Source of the DNA: Curvularia clavata
Taxonomy: Eukaryota
Direction of reading: 5' to 3'
Length of the DNA stretch: 64,000 nt
NCBI GenBank assembly: GCA_023920165.1
Contig: CP089277.1
Span: 1,364,001-1,428,000, forward strand
Below, piece by piece: positions 36,805-49,409 of the stretch (position 1 is its first letter; every line of letters starts with the position of its first letter). The notes below the pieces were generated by a model. The model was given only the letters and a program-made list of their open reading frames with translations, was not told where the DNA came from and did no database searches. The translations under genes and the position numbers were made by a program.

Positions 36805-39512
36805 CTAACTCGAACCCGATTCGTCATTAAGAGTAAGCTCCACTAACCCGCTGACTAAATCTCTCTCTGGTCGAATTGTCCAACGGGCAGGCGCCATGCT
36901 GACGAGCCCTGCACTCATGACTAATGCAGCGATGTGTGGCTTGGACATTTCTTCTACCGACGTCTGGTTGTCTTTCGGCAAGCTCGATGCTTTGCCATGT
37001 CGAGAGTAGAATATACGCGAAGAAAGCAAAGGCACATGAGTGTCGAGTCGGAAGAAGCGGGGACTATTGCTCTCAGCTCTTGATGCAGCACTACTTGGCC
37101 GCTGTCTGCGTGTCTTTTGCGCGGCTTGCACAGCCTCGCGTGGTTTCTTAGAAACAGAAAGCGACTTCCTTGCCTGCAATTGCGTCTTTTTCTGTGTAGA
37201 TGGGCGAGATGATCGAGTGTTGTCTGCAACAAAGGGGCTGACAGACGCAACATCGAGATCCATGACACACGGTTGCCAGCTCTCGTTGAACTCGACTGGC
37301 TCGAACGAGCCACCCTTGTTACGCATGAAACACTGCTCAATAACGCCATTTCCTCGCAGTAGCGCAGGTGGAGAGGCATTATGGAAATTGTGTAGATGCT
37401 GGAGGAACGCATCCTCAGATGTGTAAAATTCTTGGTTGCATGACCGGTATCGATGTTGATGCTCAGCATGCTCCACGGGGAATGTACGGTATCCCACGCC
37501 ACACAAATGACAATGGTGTCCCTTTGCCGAAGGAAACTCGGTTCCCAAAGGAGGCCCCGCAACGTCGGCAGCAAGATCGTCGAAGCTTCGCAAAAATCGG
37601 CAGCTCCAGACCCGGCAATGTGAGTGTTCTATCATCTCCTTAACGTCCGTGAACACCTTTTGGCAGTATCTGCAACGGAAAGACTCGTACGGCGATGCTG
37701 AGTAAAGGTTTTCCAAGTGGTTCTCTTTGCGCTCAGTCCACCAAACAGCACGATCAACTTCACGAGCGATGAGGTGCTCAGCGACGTGCTCACACCTTTC
37801 AGACCAATCCTTCGACTTCTTGCCACAGAATCCACAGTGAAGCATAGGATCATCAATCTTCATAGGAGCCCCGAAGCGACGCCACTTCATTGTCAGATCT
37901 TTGCAACCAAAGTTGTGCCCCTCGGCAGCCAGCAATCGCGCCTGGCACCCGACCCGCACAGATGGATGCTTACTATTCCCAAAGTGTACGTGGTGCAGAT
38001 GCTGAATGAAGTGATCGCGCCGATAGAATGTTCGCTGGGATTCAGGCTTGCTTCGGCATTGCTGGTACCTGTGCCCAGCCATATGCGCATCATCGGGGCA
38101 GGTTTGACCACAAAAAGGGCATATCTCCAGGACTGCGGCTGGTTTTGTGTCACAGCATATCCAAGTAGTTCGAAGTGCATGCACTGAGTCTTCGTGTCGG
38201 ATCCACTCGTATTTCGTCTTGAAAGCCCGGGGACAGAAAGTGCAGAAAAAAGGCAAGTCTTTCTGTGGTTCGCCCGCGCTGTTGACGCCATTTATAGCCT
38301 GACGAGGTGATTCTTTCCACGCCATGCGGCGTCTGCCGCGCCTACGGTCTCGACCAAAAGACGAGATATTGCTACGACTACCACTAGATGATACTGTGTA
38401 GGTAGTCGGCGCAGTGCCTTCGGACGAAGCGATCGATGTGATGACAGACCCTCTACGATCTTGCCTCGATGATGACCATGTATCGTCCTGGTAGCTCCCA
38501 TTGACAGAGTGCTCGTAAACAGCAGCTTGTACTGCAGACAGCTCCAGATCTTCCTCTTGATAGGACTGAGCCAGGTACACCGCTAACGGCGGTTGTGGAG
38601 GCGATAACACATTGTCTGCCTGCTTGTCCAAACTTTCTAAGCTGTCTTTAGAAAGCCTTGCCTCTAGATGGCGCCCTCCAAGTATTGAGCCATTCCGCAT
38701 GGGGGCTTGTGGGTCTAATGAAGTAAGCAAACTGGCTGAAGACATATTGATATACACGCACCTTCACATTTCTTTCTTGCTCGGGTATTGTTGAACCAGT
38801 TGCGAACCTTCTTGACATCAAGGTTGGCTTGATGAGCAATAATGTCCATTTCCCATGAGCAGGGGTATGCATTGGCGGCGAATTCTTCTTCTAGAATCTG
38901 CTTCGCTTCAATTGGAATGCGGCTTTGTGTACCTTTGCGTTTGGCTGATGCTGGCTTCCAGTTGGCATTGGCAATTTGCTGTGTTAGAGTGGGTGTACCA
39001 GGGGGCAATTCTGCCGTTTCTGGAGTAGTAATGGCCTGTCCTGTGGGCTCGGGCTCCCAGGACGGCAAAGACTCAGATTGGCATGCATTAGGTACACTGT
39101 CATTTTCGGCACAAATGATTTCTGGATGTGAGGCAATCGATGATGAGGGCGCCAGGGCGGAATCCGGAGCTTTCCCGGAGAACGAGCCTACAGTAAGTGG
39201 GGAGGTTGAGGCGGGGTTGACATTCACAGGTGCTGACCATCGCGGAACCTGAAACAATGGCAACTTCTGAGCACTCTGGCCAGTAGGAGCATCGGGGGCG
39301 CTGTACGTAGAATCGTCCCAAGAGTGCGTGGCGTCCACAGAACGGGTTATGACTGGGTTCGCCGCCCAGTCCATAGCAGTGACATTGTCGACAGATTGCA
39401 AGGGCAGACTCGTTCCTTGATGAGATGCCTCGATTGCTCGGAGCTCAGAATCATGTTCAAGCGCAGCAAAGTCGAAGAATTCGTCGATCTTGTCCAGCGC
39501 GTTGCCACTCAT
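36805..39512 (-). CDS. Homeodomain + C2H2/Cys-His zinc-finger transcription factor (~886 aa)
   Basis: Homeodomain AKQILEEEFAANAYP...KKVRNWFNNTRARKK and zinc fingers FFCTFCPRAFKTKYEWIRHEDSVH and CGFCGKKSKDWSERCEHVAEH. Intron 38761..38715 joins the two ORFs in frame. Confidence 0.88.
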
Positions 39513-40089
39513 CTTGACGCGTAACGGTTGGATGGAATGATGGTCTAGACGAGCTCAGCGGCGGCTTAACCAGGCGACAAGCAATCGGACATTCGTGGCT
39601 TAGCCAGGCACAGACAAACGGAACAACAATCAACAGGTGAGGGTCGCATGACAGAGACGGGTTTTCCACGAGAAGGAACCGAGGCAGAGGTTGTGTGGCT
39701 ATGAGCGTAGCTGTGGCTGTTGGCCTGATTGAATGATGAAGTGGGCGCGCGGATCCTCCAGGCAGCCACCGGTAGTCAGCCGCGCCTTTGGACAGATGCT
39801 GGCATGCGGAAGAGACGGTTACAACAAAGAAAGGACGGGCAATTGTGACGCGTGGGCAGTGAACAGTGGACGAAACATAGGCCACCGGGTCAGCACAAGG
39901 AACGGATCGAGGGCCCTGGCAGGCAATATGTATCAACCGAACCATCGGCGCCCGCCCGCATTCAAGCTGCAAAGGCGGCGTTGCCCAATAGCGTTAGCGC
40001 CAATGGTTGCTCCACCGAAAAGTTCAACCCCGAAAAGCTCGCGACATGAGCAGCAACCTCACGCGCACTGATCGCAGCCCATCCTCACA

Positions 40090-41778
40090 ATGGCCGCCGA
40101 AGTACAACTACTGCAGCCTCTGAAGCTGCCAAAGGGCCCTTCCACGCTCACGTCGGAGCAAAAATACTGGAACTCTTTCGCTTCGGAGCTGCGCCTTGAC
40201 CCTTCGCAGCATTCTTCGCCCGTAACACACATCTCGATACCGCCGCCCCAGCCTTTGAATGCGCTTTCTGCAACGCAGGATCTGTTTGCGGTGACGACTG
40301 GATCGCGCGTTCAAATTTTCTCGTCCAAGACCCGGAAAGTCGTCAAGACAATCTCGCGCTTCGGCGTCGACGACATTGCGCACTCGGGAAACATTCGGCG
40401 CGATGGCCGCATCCTGGTCGCAGGCGGAGACAGTGGTGTAATACAAGCATTCGATGTCAAGAGCAGGGCCATTTTGAAGACATGGAAGGAGCACAAGCAG
40501 CCTGTTTGGGTTACACAGTGGAACCCGCAAGAGTTGACTGGATTGATGAGCTGTTCGGACGACAGAACTGTGCGATTATGGGATCTGCCGAGCGAGAAGA
40601 GCACGATGAAGTTTGATGGACATCAGGATTACGTGCGCAGTGGTACTTTTATGCCTGCGCAGAGTGGACTGCTTGTGTCTGGAAGTTACGATCAGACTGT
40701 CAGATTATGGGACTCGCGAGTGGGCGGCAAAGCAGTCATGGTTTTCAAGCATGCAGCGCCTATTGAGGCTGTCCTTCCGATGCCCTCTGGAACAGCTGTT
40801 CTCGCCGCGTCCGACAACACCATCAGCGTCCTTGACATTGTGGCTGCAAAGCCCATTCATATGCTGCGCAACCACCAAAAGACCGTCACGGCGCTGTCCT
40901 TGGCAAACAATGGAGAGCGCCTTCTCTCTGGTGCGCTCGATGGACACGTCAAAGTCTTCGAGACCACCGGGTGGAACGTCGTGGGCGGGCTGAAATATCC
41001 TTCACCCATCCTTTCGCTCAATGTCATCCCTAACCAGAAGGAAGATCGTCATATCGCTGTGGGTATGCAATCAGGTCTCCTATCGATCAAGACACATCTT
41101 TCAGGCGAGCAAAAAGCACTAGCACGTGAACGAGAAAAGGAGATGCAGGCGCTTATGGAAGGCAAAATCGAAGAGTACGACAAGAGCAAGAAGAGGAAGC
41201 GTGGAAAAGGCTGGGAGAAGCGCGTTAGAGGCAAGGACTTTACGGGCGAGAGTGCCGACATTGTCATCGAAGGCAACGCACGAGGAAAGATCACAAATGG
41301 ACAGCCATGGGCTCACGCCATGAGAAAAGGAATGTACGCACAGGCTTTGGACATGGTCCTCGAGTCAAAGGTACGGTTACTCCTTCCCCTCTCCTGAAAC
41401 CTCTAATGCTGACCCGTCTCGCAGGAAGGAAATGCACGTATGCAAGCCATCACGGTTCTAACCGCCCTGCGTCACCGCTCCGCTCTCCGCGTCGCCCTCA
41501 GTAACCGCGACTCGGTAACGCTGCAACCTGTTCTACGCTGGTGCATCAAGAATATCTCCGACTACCGCATCACGCGTCTGACGACAGACGTGGCGCTCGT
41601 GGTGCTGGACCTGTACGCCGACCAGCTTGGGCGCAGCGAGGAGGTCGACGATCTCGTCTTGGCGCTTATGCAGCGTGTCAAGGTTACCGTCGAGGCGAGC
41701 CAAGACGCGTGGAAGGTCAGGGGTATGCTCGATATGCTGGTGAGCAGCGTCGGTGGAGTCGATGGTGTCGAGGCTTGA
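40090..41778 (+). CDS. UTP15: SSU processome t-UTP subunit Utp15 (WD40 + C-terminal domain, ~544 aa)
   Basis: RRDGRILVAG, SCSDDRTVRLWD, GHQDYVRSG, SGSYDQTVRLWD and NHQKTVTAL; C-terminal TVLTALRHRSALRVALSNRD. Intron 41371..41424. Confidence 0.95.
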
Positions 41779-42199
41779 GGGTAACTCTCTCGCTTCGTCA
41801 TATCATGTTGGTCTTGCATAGCGATGGCGTTTTGCTTTGTTTGTAAGGGCTTTTTTTTTGTTCCATGTTTAAAGCTTGGTCTTCTTTCCTTCTTCTCGCG
41901 CCATGTCGACGAAAAATTTGGATGTGTTGATGTGACCGGAGGAAGTGGGTCTGAATGCATATCTTGGAAAGATTGATGCAGGAATGTGAAAATCTCGATA
42001 GAAACACAAGCTGTACTCTGGAATGATGGAACAAAAAAGAAAATGATGCTTCGCAGAGCTTTCTTTGTCTTTTCTCGAATCATGTTCCTGGTGAGGTGGG
42101 TAACGTTCAAGTATGTTTTATTGTACAAGCCGGTGCGTTTTCTTCACCGGCTATATTGAATACATAAATAAGGGTCGTTGGAAGCATGCTCATTTCTAT

Positions 42200-43581
42200 C
42201 TACCACAGGCAAAACTGTCGTTGGGAGGTGATGGGTCGGTCGGGTAGAGCGACCCAAAGTTTGCGGTTGTCGCGCTTCTTCTTGATTTCGTCCGAGATGC
42301 GCATGCGTGTCTTTTCTTCCTTAAGAAGGACAGAGAAACCTGGGTTGACATGTTAGCATCGTGTCCATACCATGTTGGTCGATTTCTGCAGTGCATCACG
42401 TGTACAATGACACAGGGATTCTCCCAAGTCTCTACATGTGGAGATCATCAGACTTACTTGTTGTGCGGTGTTTCAACATATTAATAGCACCTCTCGCCCT
42501 GAACTCTGGGCTCTTCCAGCTATCGCCGGGCCCCACCCATGCCTGATCAATGTAGATCTCGCTGGGATCCCTCACCACCTTTTTGCGTCCATCCTTCAGC
42601 TCAATTGTGGTTTCCTTGAAAAAGGGCACCTTGGGTTTCTTGGGTGCCACATCCGAGTCCTCGCTTGAGATTTTGTAGTCCCATGTATCCTTGGGCTTCC
42701 CTGCATCCGTTGCTTCTCTTTGCTTATTCCAGCGTGATACAGCGGCTTCCTCGCCGGCCAGACCCATTCCACGGCCCAGAATGGCTTCGTTCTGGGCGAT
42801 TTCCAGACCCTTGATGACGTCGCGGGCGATCCTCTTTTTGGAGAAGCGGAGCTGCACTAGAGCTTCTGACACTGTCTTGCCGGCGATTTGATTGACCACT
42901 TTTTGCAGCTTCTTGGTCGACGTGGGCAGGTTGTGTGACTTGTAGAGGGATTGGCGTTCGGTGCGGAGGAGCTTTTCCGACTTGGTCATACGGCCGTGGC
43001 GCTTCACACCCGAGATGACGAGCTTTCGTTCGAGGCGCTTGCGGGCGGTCTGGTCAGGGTCGATGTTCATGTTCATAAGTTGTCGCTCCTCCTGCTGCTT
43101 AGCCTGCTCCTGCCGCCGCCTGTGACGCGCCTGAAGCTTTTCTTTCTCCTCGGGGCCCAGGTCGTCTCGCCATCCTGGGATTTGACGCTCGGGGAGGAAA
43201 AGCGAAGACGAATGTGTGGGAAGGTCTCCAAAGCGAGGAGTAGGGCGTACTGGGCGGTCACGGCCGTCTACTGCCCTTGCCTCGCGCTCTTTCCGCTGGA
43301 GATATTGCTCGAGGACGGGGTTGGAGAGGTCTTCGTCGTTCTTGCTACCGTCGGACGAGGCATTGCGTCGGGCAATGCAGGGGAGCGATGCAGAGGGGAC
43401 CCAACGGGTGCGGGGGCGCAAGGCGGCGAGGGCTGGTGGGTTGTTAGTACCCCATGGTGGTGCGATGGAGGCCGGGCAAGCAGCAATTGGAGGGCGGGGA
43501 AGGGCGCGGGGAGGCAGAAGCGAGGTGAAACAGGGGCATACCTGAGTGGGCAAGCCGCCGCGAGGGAATTGGAGCGCTCAT
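42200..43581 (-). CDS. MRPL22: Mitochondrial ribosomal protein uL22m (~384 aa)
   Basis: Arg-rich presequence; TSTKKLQKVVNQIAGKTVSEALVQLRFSKK, IYIDQAWVG and RTT|SFSVLLKEEKTR. Introns 43541..43433 and 42457..42340. Confidence 0.9.
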
Positions 43582-44221
43582 GGTGGGCAGCCCGGGGGCA
43601 CGGGGTGCTGGGGCGGTGGTGATGGGCGTTGGGTGAGGTTGACGGGAAATTCTGTGGTTGCGGCGAAAGGCTCGGCGCTTGCAGGGGGTGGAGAGTCTCG
43701 GCAGACGATCGCCATGAGCAGAGGCGGCGATGCAACGCTCAGAAGCAATGCGTGCAGCGCTGGCGGGCTTTTGTGCCGTGAAATCAGGCCATGGGGCGTC
43801 TGCGAACGGGCTGCAGCGTGTGCGCGAGGCTGAAGACGCGCAATACGCCCGCTTGCACATGGGCATTGCGCCCGCCGCGCATCCCGCCCTACGCAGCTTG
43901 CAACCGCTTGCTGCATCACTACTTGATTAGTTGCGGGCCCAAGCTCGTCTGATGCACCTAACCTAACCACCTTTTCTTCGACGCCATCACTCTCACTCGA
44001 GGCCTTCTCCCTCACTGCGCCCGTGGCTCCCCCGTCCCCTTCCATCACATCCGCCCGCCCACTGCCCGCCCCTCCCGCCGTTTGCGAGCCGAGCCTGTCT
44101 GCGCCCGTCCCATGCCGTCCGTTACGAGGGTTTCGATGCCTTGTAGTCCCAGTACTTCGCGACGGTAGAAACACCACCCCCCACAACCACGCCAGCGCGC
44201 CTGACGCATACGCCGTGCATC

Positions 44222-47200
44222 ATGGACATCAACTCGCTCCTGTCGCCCTCCGACTCGCCCGCGGGCACCCCCACGCCACAGCCCGCCCCGGCCGCCGCGT
44301 CGCCGTCGCTGCTGCCATCGCCAGGCAAGCGCACCAGGCGCCAGATGCCATCGCGGACGCCCTCGGGCCTCAGCCAGCAGGTCATGTCCTCGTCGTCGCC
44401 ACAGCCCCAGCAGCATCACAACCTCCAGTCCAGAGGCCCCTCGCCCGGCTTCACCCAGATAGCCAATGGCGCAAGACCCATACACGGCACCATGAGCACA
44501 CCTCAGCAGGTCTCGTCGCCACGCGATGCGCGCATGACGCCTCCCAATCCCATGTACCGACAGACCTCCACTCCCGGCATGGATACACTCGCAGGTAGGT
44601 ACTCGCTTTCTTCCTGTGTCAATATGTCGCATCACAATGCCGTGGTTAGAAACGGAACCTGTGTTTGGGCTAGGCAAGCAAGAGACGATGGATTCAGAGC
44701 TTCAAGAAACAGGGTGCTGATAGCTACAGATCTCGCTAGCATGCAGCAGCAACAGCAAGCTGCGCGCCAGAACTCTACGGTCCACCAGCGACCGGTTACG
44801 TAAGTCCCTGCTCCAATGCCCTTTTCTAAACATCTCGTCACCCAGTAGCAATTGCATGCGTTTGTCGGGCGACTGCAAACATGGCAGCTTGTAGCGCGCA
44901 AGCAAACACTTGCCCCCCCAGTCACGGGTCGCGATTGCCTGCTATCCGAGCAAACGCTGCTTACGACTTCCAACTTCACCTACTGACCGTGCTTCAGCCT
45001 CCAACACCTCGGTCAAAACCTCTCCGGAGAGTCGGTAGCCAGCATCATGTCAGAGCCCTCGCCGCGACCGCGCAGTTTCGTTACGAGATCGCTAGAGCCG
45101 CAGCTCATCGAGTGGCTCGTCGAACTGGACAAAGCTCTGTTAGAAAACCCCTTCGACTACTACAGCCACGTCTCGCTCGTCACAACACTGCACCAAGGCC
45201 TCCAAAATCATCTCGGTTCCTTTGACGCCGACCCCAACGCGTACGAGCTCGTCCAGACATTGCGCGATGCTTACAAGACCATGTCTGACAAGTACCCATT
45301 GGGTGAGCTGCTGTGGCACTACCGATTGAACGACGAAAAAACACTGGCAAGAGATGTCGAGGAGCGCATGGGCGTGCTCGAGTTGCATAAGCAGGCAACA
45401 CAGGAAGAGCCCTATAGCGCCAAACTTTGGGCGGCATACGGCGAGTACGTCAGCTACCTGGTCGCTTGCTCATGGGACCAGGTGCCGCCAGAGGAGTGGC
45501 CTGAAGAGGAGCGCCTTATCGGCCGTGAGCTTTTCCAGCCACAACTCTTGTTAGATGTGTTACAACAGGGCGCTGAGAGGGTCAAGTACAACCTCCAAGA
45601 AAGTAACCTTGTGTGGGATCGCTACCTGCAGGTACTGGAAGAGGATCTCGAGCGAGGTGGCTTCAGTCAAGAAAAAGCCAAGAGAGTGGCTGCTATTTAC
45701 AACGAGCGCCTGGGACAGCCTCACGCTACATGGGCTAACACGCTGTCGAGATATTCCTCTTTTAATTCTCGCTACAACCAGAGTCACTACGAGCAAGTTA
45801 TGGATGATGCTGTACAGAAGAATACGCACATTAAGCAACAGTACGCTAATCGCGAAGAATACGAGTTCAAGCTTTTGCAGGCCATCCAGGCAGGCGACCA
45901 AGCTGCAGAGTACAGCGCCATGACTAGGTACCTAAAATGGGAGAAGCGCACCATGGGTGTTTACAGCTTCCACCTTGTCAATGCGCTCTATGAGCGAGCC
46001 ACGCTTCGTTTCCCTGTTGATCCATCAATATGGGAAGACCACGTCGAGTTCCTCGTTTGGCAGGATAATCGTTCTGTCGACCTACTCAATGTCTTGGAAC
46101 GTGCGACGCGCCACTGCCCTTGGTCTGGAGCACTTTGGTCTCACCGATTGCTCACGCTCGAGGCGGAGAACAAGCCATTTGAAGACCTCGAGCTCGTCAA
46201 GCACACAGCAACTGGATCTGGTCTTTTGGAACACACAGATTTGGAGGAACTCATCAAAGTGCAGCTTGCTTGGTGTGGCTATTTACGCCGGAGAGCTTTC
46301 GACGACCCCAGAGCAACAGAAGACGATGTCGATGTTGCAGAGGTCGGCATCCGGTCTGCATTGGAATTTGTCCGCGAAGTCGGTATGAAGAAGCATGGCA
46401 GAGAGTGGTTTGACCCGCAACATCGTCTTGAGCGTACCCACGTAACATTTTGGCTCCAGCGCGGTGATATCGATCAAGCCCGTCAAATCCAAGAGTCTGT
46501 TGCAAAGCACCAAGGTGACTCGTATGATTTCTGGTATCGTTACTACATTTTCGAGATGCTGATCTGGGCACCACACTCGACCCGCAACAAGCAGGCCGCA
46601 GGGCATCAGCTCCTGCCGCCTTCCCTTGCCACTGCAGTCTTGGAACGCGCTATGAAACGTTTGCAGACCATCGACCATCCAGAGCCGCTGCTTAAGATGT
46701 ATGTCAACCATTGCGAGCAACACGAAACAGCCCTGAAGGTACGAAGCGCGGCGATGGAGCGGCGGAGAGCGGAGCGCATCATCTCGGTTCGCAGGGAAAA
46801 GGAACGTGCGCTTGCTGCTGCGACGGCGGTGCCCCAGGACACCCCAGAGAGCTTAGTAGCAGATGCTTCAGGCAAGCGTAAGAGGGAAGGCGGCGACGAG
46901 GAGGCAGTCCCGAAAAAGAGCAAGCACAAGGATGCGGAGGTAGCCGCTAGTGGTTTGGCCAACGGTCAAGCCCGAGTCGCTAGCGAAGCACCCTCTGAGG
47001 CTCGTTCCGCCGGACAGAAGCGAGATCGCGAGCACACTTCCATCATTGTCAAGAAGCTGCCTCCCAATACACCACAAAATCGGATACGCCAGTTCTTCAC
47101 AGATGCCGGTACGGTGCGCAATCTCGTGTTAAAAGAAGAGCCAGATAGCTTGACAGCCGTCGTGGAATTCGAGACACCTGAGGAAGCCGATTATGCGTTG

Positions 47201-48358
47201 AGCAAAGAGGCAAAGGGTTTTGACGGTCACGAAATCTCGATTGAGCGAGGCCAGAGCACAACACTTTACGTCACAAACTACCCGGGACATGCTGACGAAG
47301 CATGGTTGAGAGCACTCTACAGCCCCTTCGGAGAGATTGTTAGCATTCGATTCCCGTCTCTCAAGTACGATGCGCACCGTCGGTTCTGCTACGTTCAATT
47401 TGCCTCTGCTGAGGAAGCCATTGCAGCGACTCAACTAGACGGTACCGATGTGGAGGGTCTGAAGATCATCTCGAAGATCTCTGATCCCAATGCCAAAAAG
47501 AAACGCGACGGTGCTACGTCCGAAGGACGCGAAGTGTACATCTGGCACCTCAACTTCAAGGTTAAGGAGTCCGAGGTTAGAGACGCCTTTGCCAAATTCG
47601 GCAAGATTGAGCGAATTAAATGTCCCACTCACAAGAACACTGGCCAGAATCGCGGCTTCTGTTATGTTGTCTATGAGACTAGAGAGAGTGCTGACGCAGC
47701 TGTTGCGGAAATGCACGACAAAGAATTCCATGGTCTCAAGCTCAACGTTGAGATTGCAAGTGACCGACCAGCCACAAAACTAAAGACGCAATCAACTCTA
47801 GAGAACCCGGCGGCCCCGGCTGTCAAAGAGGCAACCTCTGGACAGGGCGACGCGACTTCTGAAGTCGCTATCAAGCCTGCATCTTTCATGGACCGGTCCA
47901 TTGCTATTCTCAACCTGCCCGATACTGTTCCCGACGTGCGCATCAAGCCGCTCGTCGAACAGTATGGTTTCAAAAAGATCAAGCTTGAGCCTCATCATGG
48001 CGGCGCTATTATTGAATTTACGACTGTTGAGGGAGCGGGCAAAGCACAGTTCGCACTAGAAGGAAAGGAATTCGAGGGAAGGAAACTTCGGATTGGAACG
48101 ATCCACGATCTGAACAAACAAAAGGGAGAATGGAAGGCAAGTTCCAGCTTCATGCAGCCAAACCGTGTCAATCGTCCCACTGCCACCGCCACCAGGGGCC
48201 GTGGACGAGGCGGAAAGCCTGGCCTGGGCCGACCCATGATTCCCAAGAGCGCTCTCCCAAGCAACGGTGAGCCGAAAAGTAACGCAGACTTCCGTGCGCA
48301 GTTCTTGAAAGAGCCTGCAAAGGACTCTGAGAAGGATGCTGACAAGATGGAAGAGTAA
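44222..48358 (+). CDS. PRP24: U4/U6 snRNP recycling factor Prp24/SART3 (HAT repeats + 4 RRMs + Lsm-interaction motif, ~1267 aa)
   Basis: HAT repeats (LYERATLRFP, ERATRHCPWSGALW), RRMs (TLYVTNYP, RRFCYVQF, RGFCYVVY) and C-terminal KSNADFRAQFL. Upstream exons 44222-44594 and 44730-44799 join in frame at 44998; the 5' exons are less certain than the body. Confidence 0.88.
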
Positions 48359-48741
48359 TGGCAGTGGGGGAAGGAGAAAGGAATACAGGGTTTACGGTCG
48401 TGCATATCCAAGGTCTTTCTCAATCAAAGGAGGGACCCGGGTCGGTGTTCATCTATCATATCCGGAGAGCGTATGGAAATGGGTTCCAACGCCACACACT
48501 TTCATGCATACTATGGCGTTTTGAGGGAACTGGTCTCTCTTCTGTTCTTTACATCCTGTCTCCTCTTCTCTTTTTTTTTCTTCTCTTCGCATAAACCCAA
48601 AGTGTGTCCTCTACCACGCACATGTGGAAAACTGCTTGCATGAGTGGTGTGAGGAGAGTGTCTTTTCGCACTCGGTCTTCAGGTGCTGAGCGCTATTTCA
48701 CGCGTGTGTGTGGCTGGCTGGCTGGGTCTGGATCTGTATGT

Positions 48742-48771
48742 TATGTATGTATGCATGTGTGTGTGCGTGTG

Positions 48772-48836
<65 letters not shown>
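48742..48836. repeat. (GT)n microsatellite / alternating purine-pyrimidine tract
   Basis: Perfect (GT)28 at 48779-48834 inside a ~95-bp uninterrupted R/Y alternation. Confidence 0.95.
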
Positions 48837-49409
48837 CTGTAAAAAAAAGAAATAATATAATGAATGTGAAACTTTGTCATCTTTGCTTTTTGTTACCGAT
48901 GCTGTGGTTACATCGCCTGAATTTTGCATGCTTTTTTCTGAAATCACAAGGTGAGCGATTGGGCTCTACAGTGTGGGGGTTTGTCTTTCTTCTTCTTTTG
49001 CAGCTGCGATGAATGGAATACAGCTGCATACTATTCTGGTGTAAATGGCGTGTTACTTTGTACTGCGATTTTTTTTTTCTAGCTTTTGCAAGTTACTGGT
49101 CACGCATGTACTCCTTTAAACTGGGCAAAAGATAAAACAAACATCAAGCATAAAAAACTTGTCATTGATTCAGTAATTCCATTACGGCGTCTATGGCAAA
49201 GCTCGCTAAGATACTAGCAGCAAGAAGAATTGATAGTACCGAGCAAGAAACAAGGGGGTATCAAAAATGTCAAGTTCGTTTGTTCCAACGCCATCGTTAC
49301 TGCAAACCGGTACAAGTATACCTAAAAGAAGACAACATCAAAACGAACAGATTCTATCTGAACGCAGAGTCCCGTCAGAGAAAGCAGAAGACGAGTAGAA
49401 TTTCTGCAT

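Noticed and set aside
42340..42457. TGATGA near the 5' end of MRPL22 intron 2 as a box C of an intronic snoRNA
   Set aside because: There is no matching box D (CTGA) or terminal stem near the 3' end.
30645..48358. Apparent clustering of RNA-processing genes (RPC11, SF3B5, UTP15, MRPL22, PRP24)
   Set aside because: They are interspersed with unrelated genes, which fits an ordinary housekeeping-rich region.
48683..49012. ORFs encoding (CV)n or (TH)n repeats
   Set aside because: These are translations of the (GT)n microsatellite.
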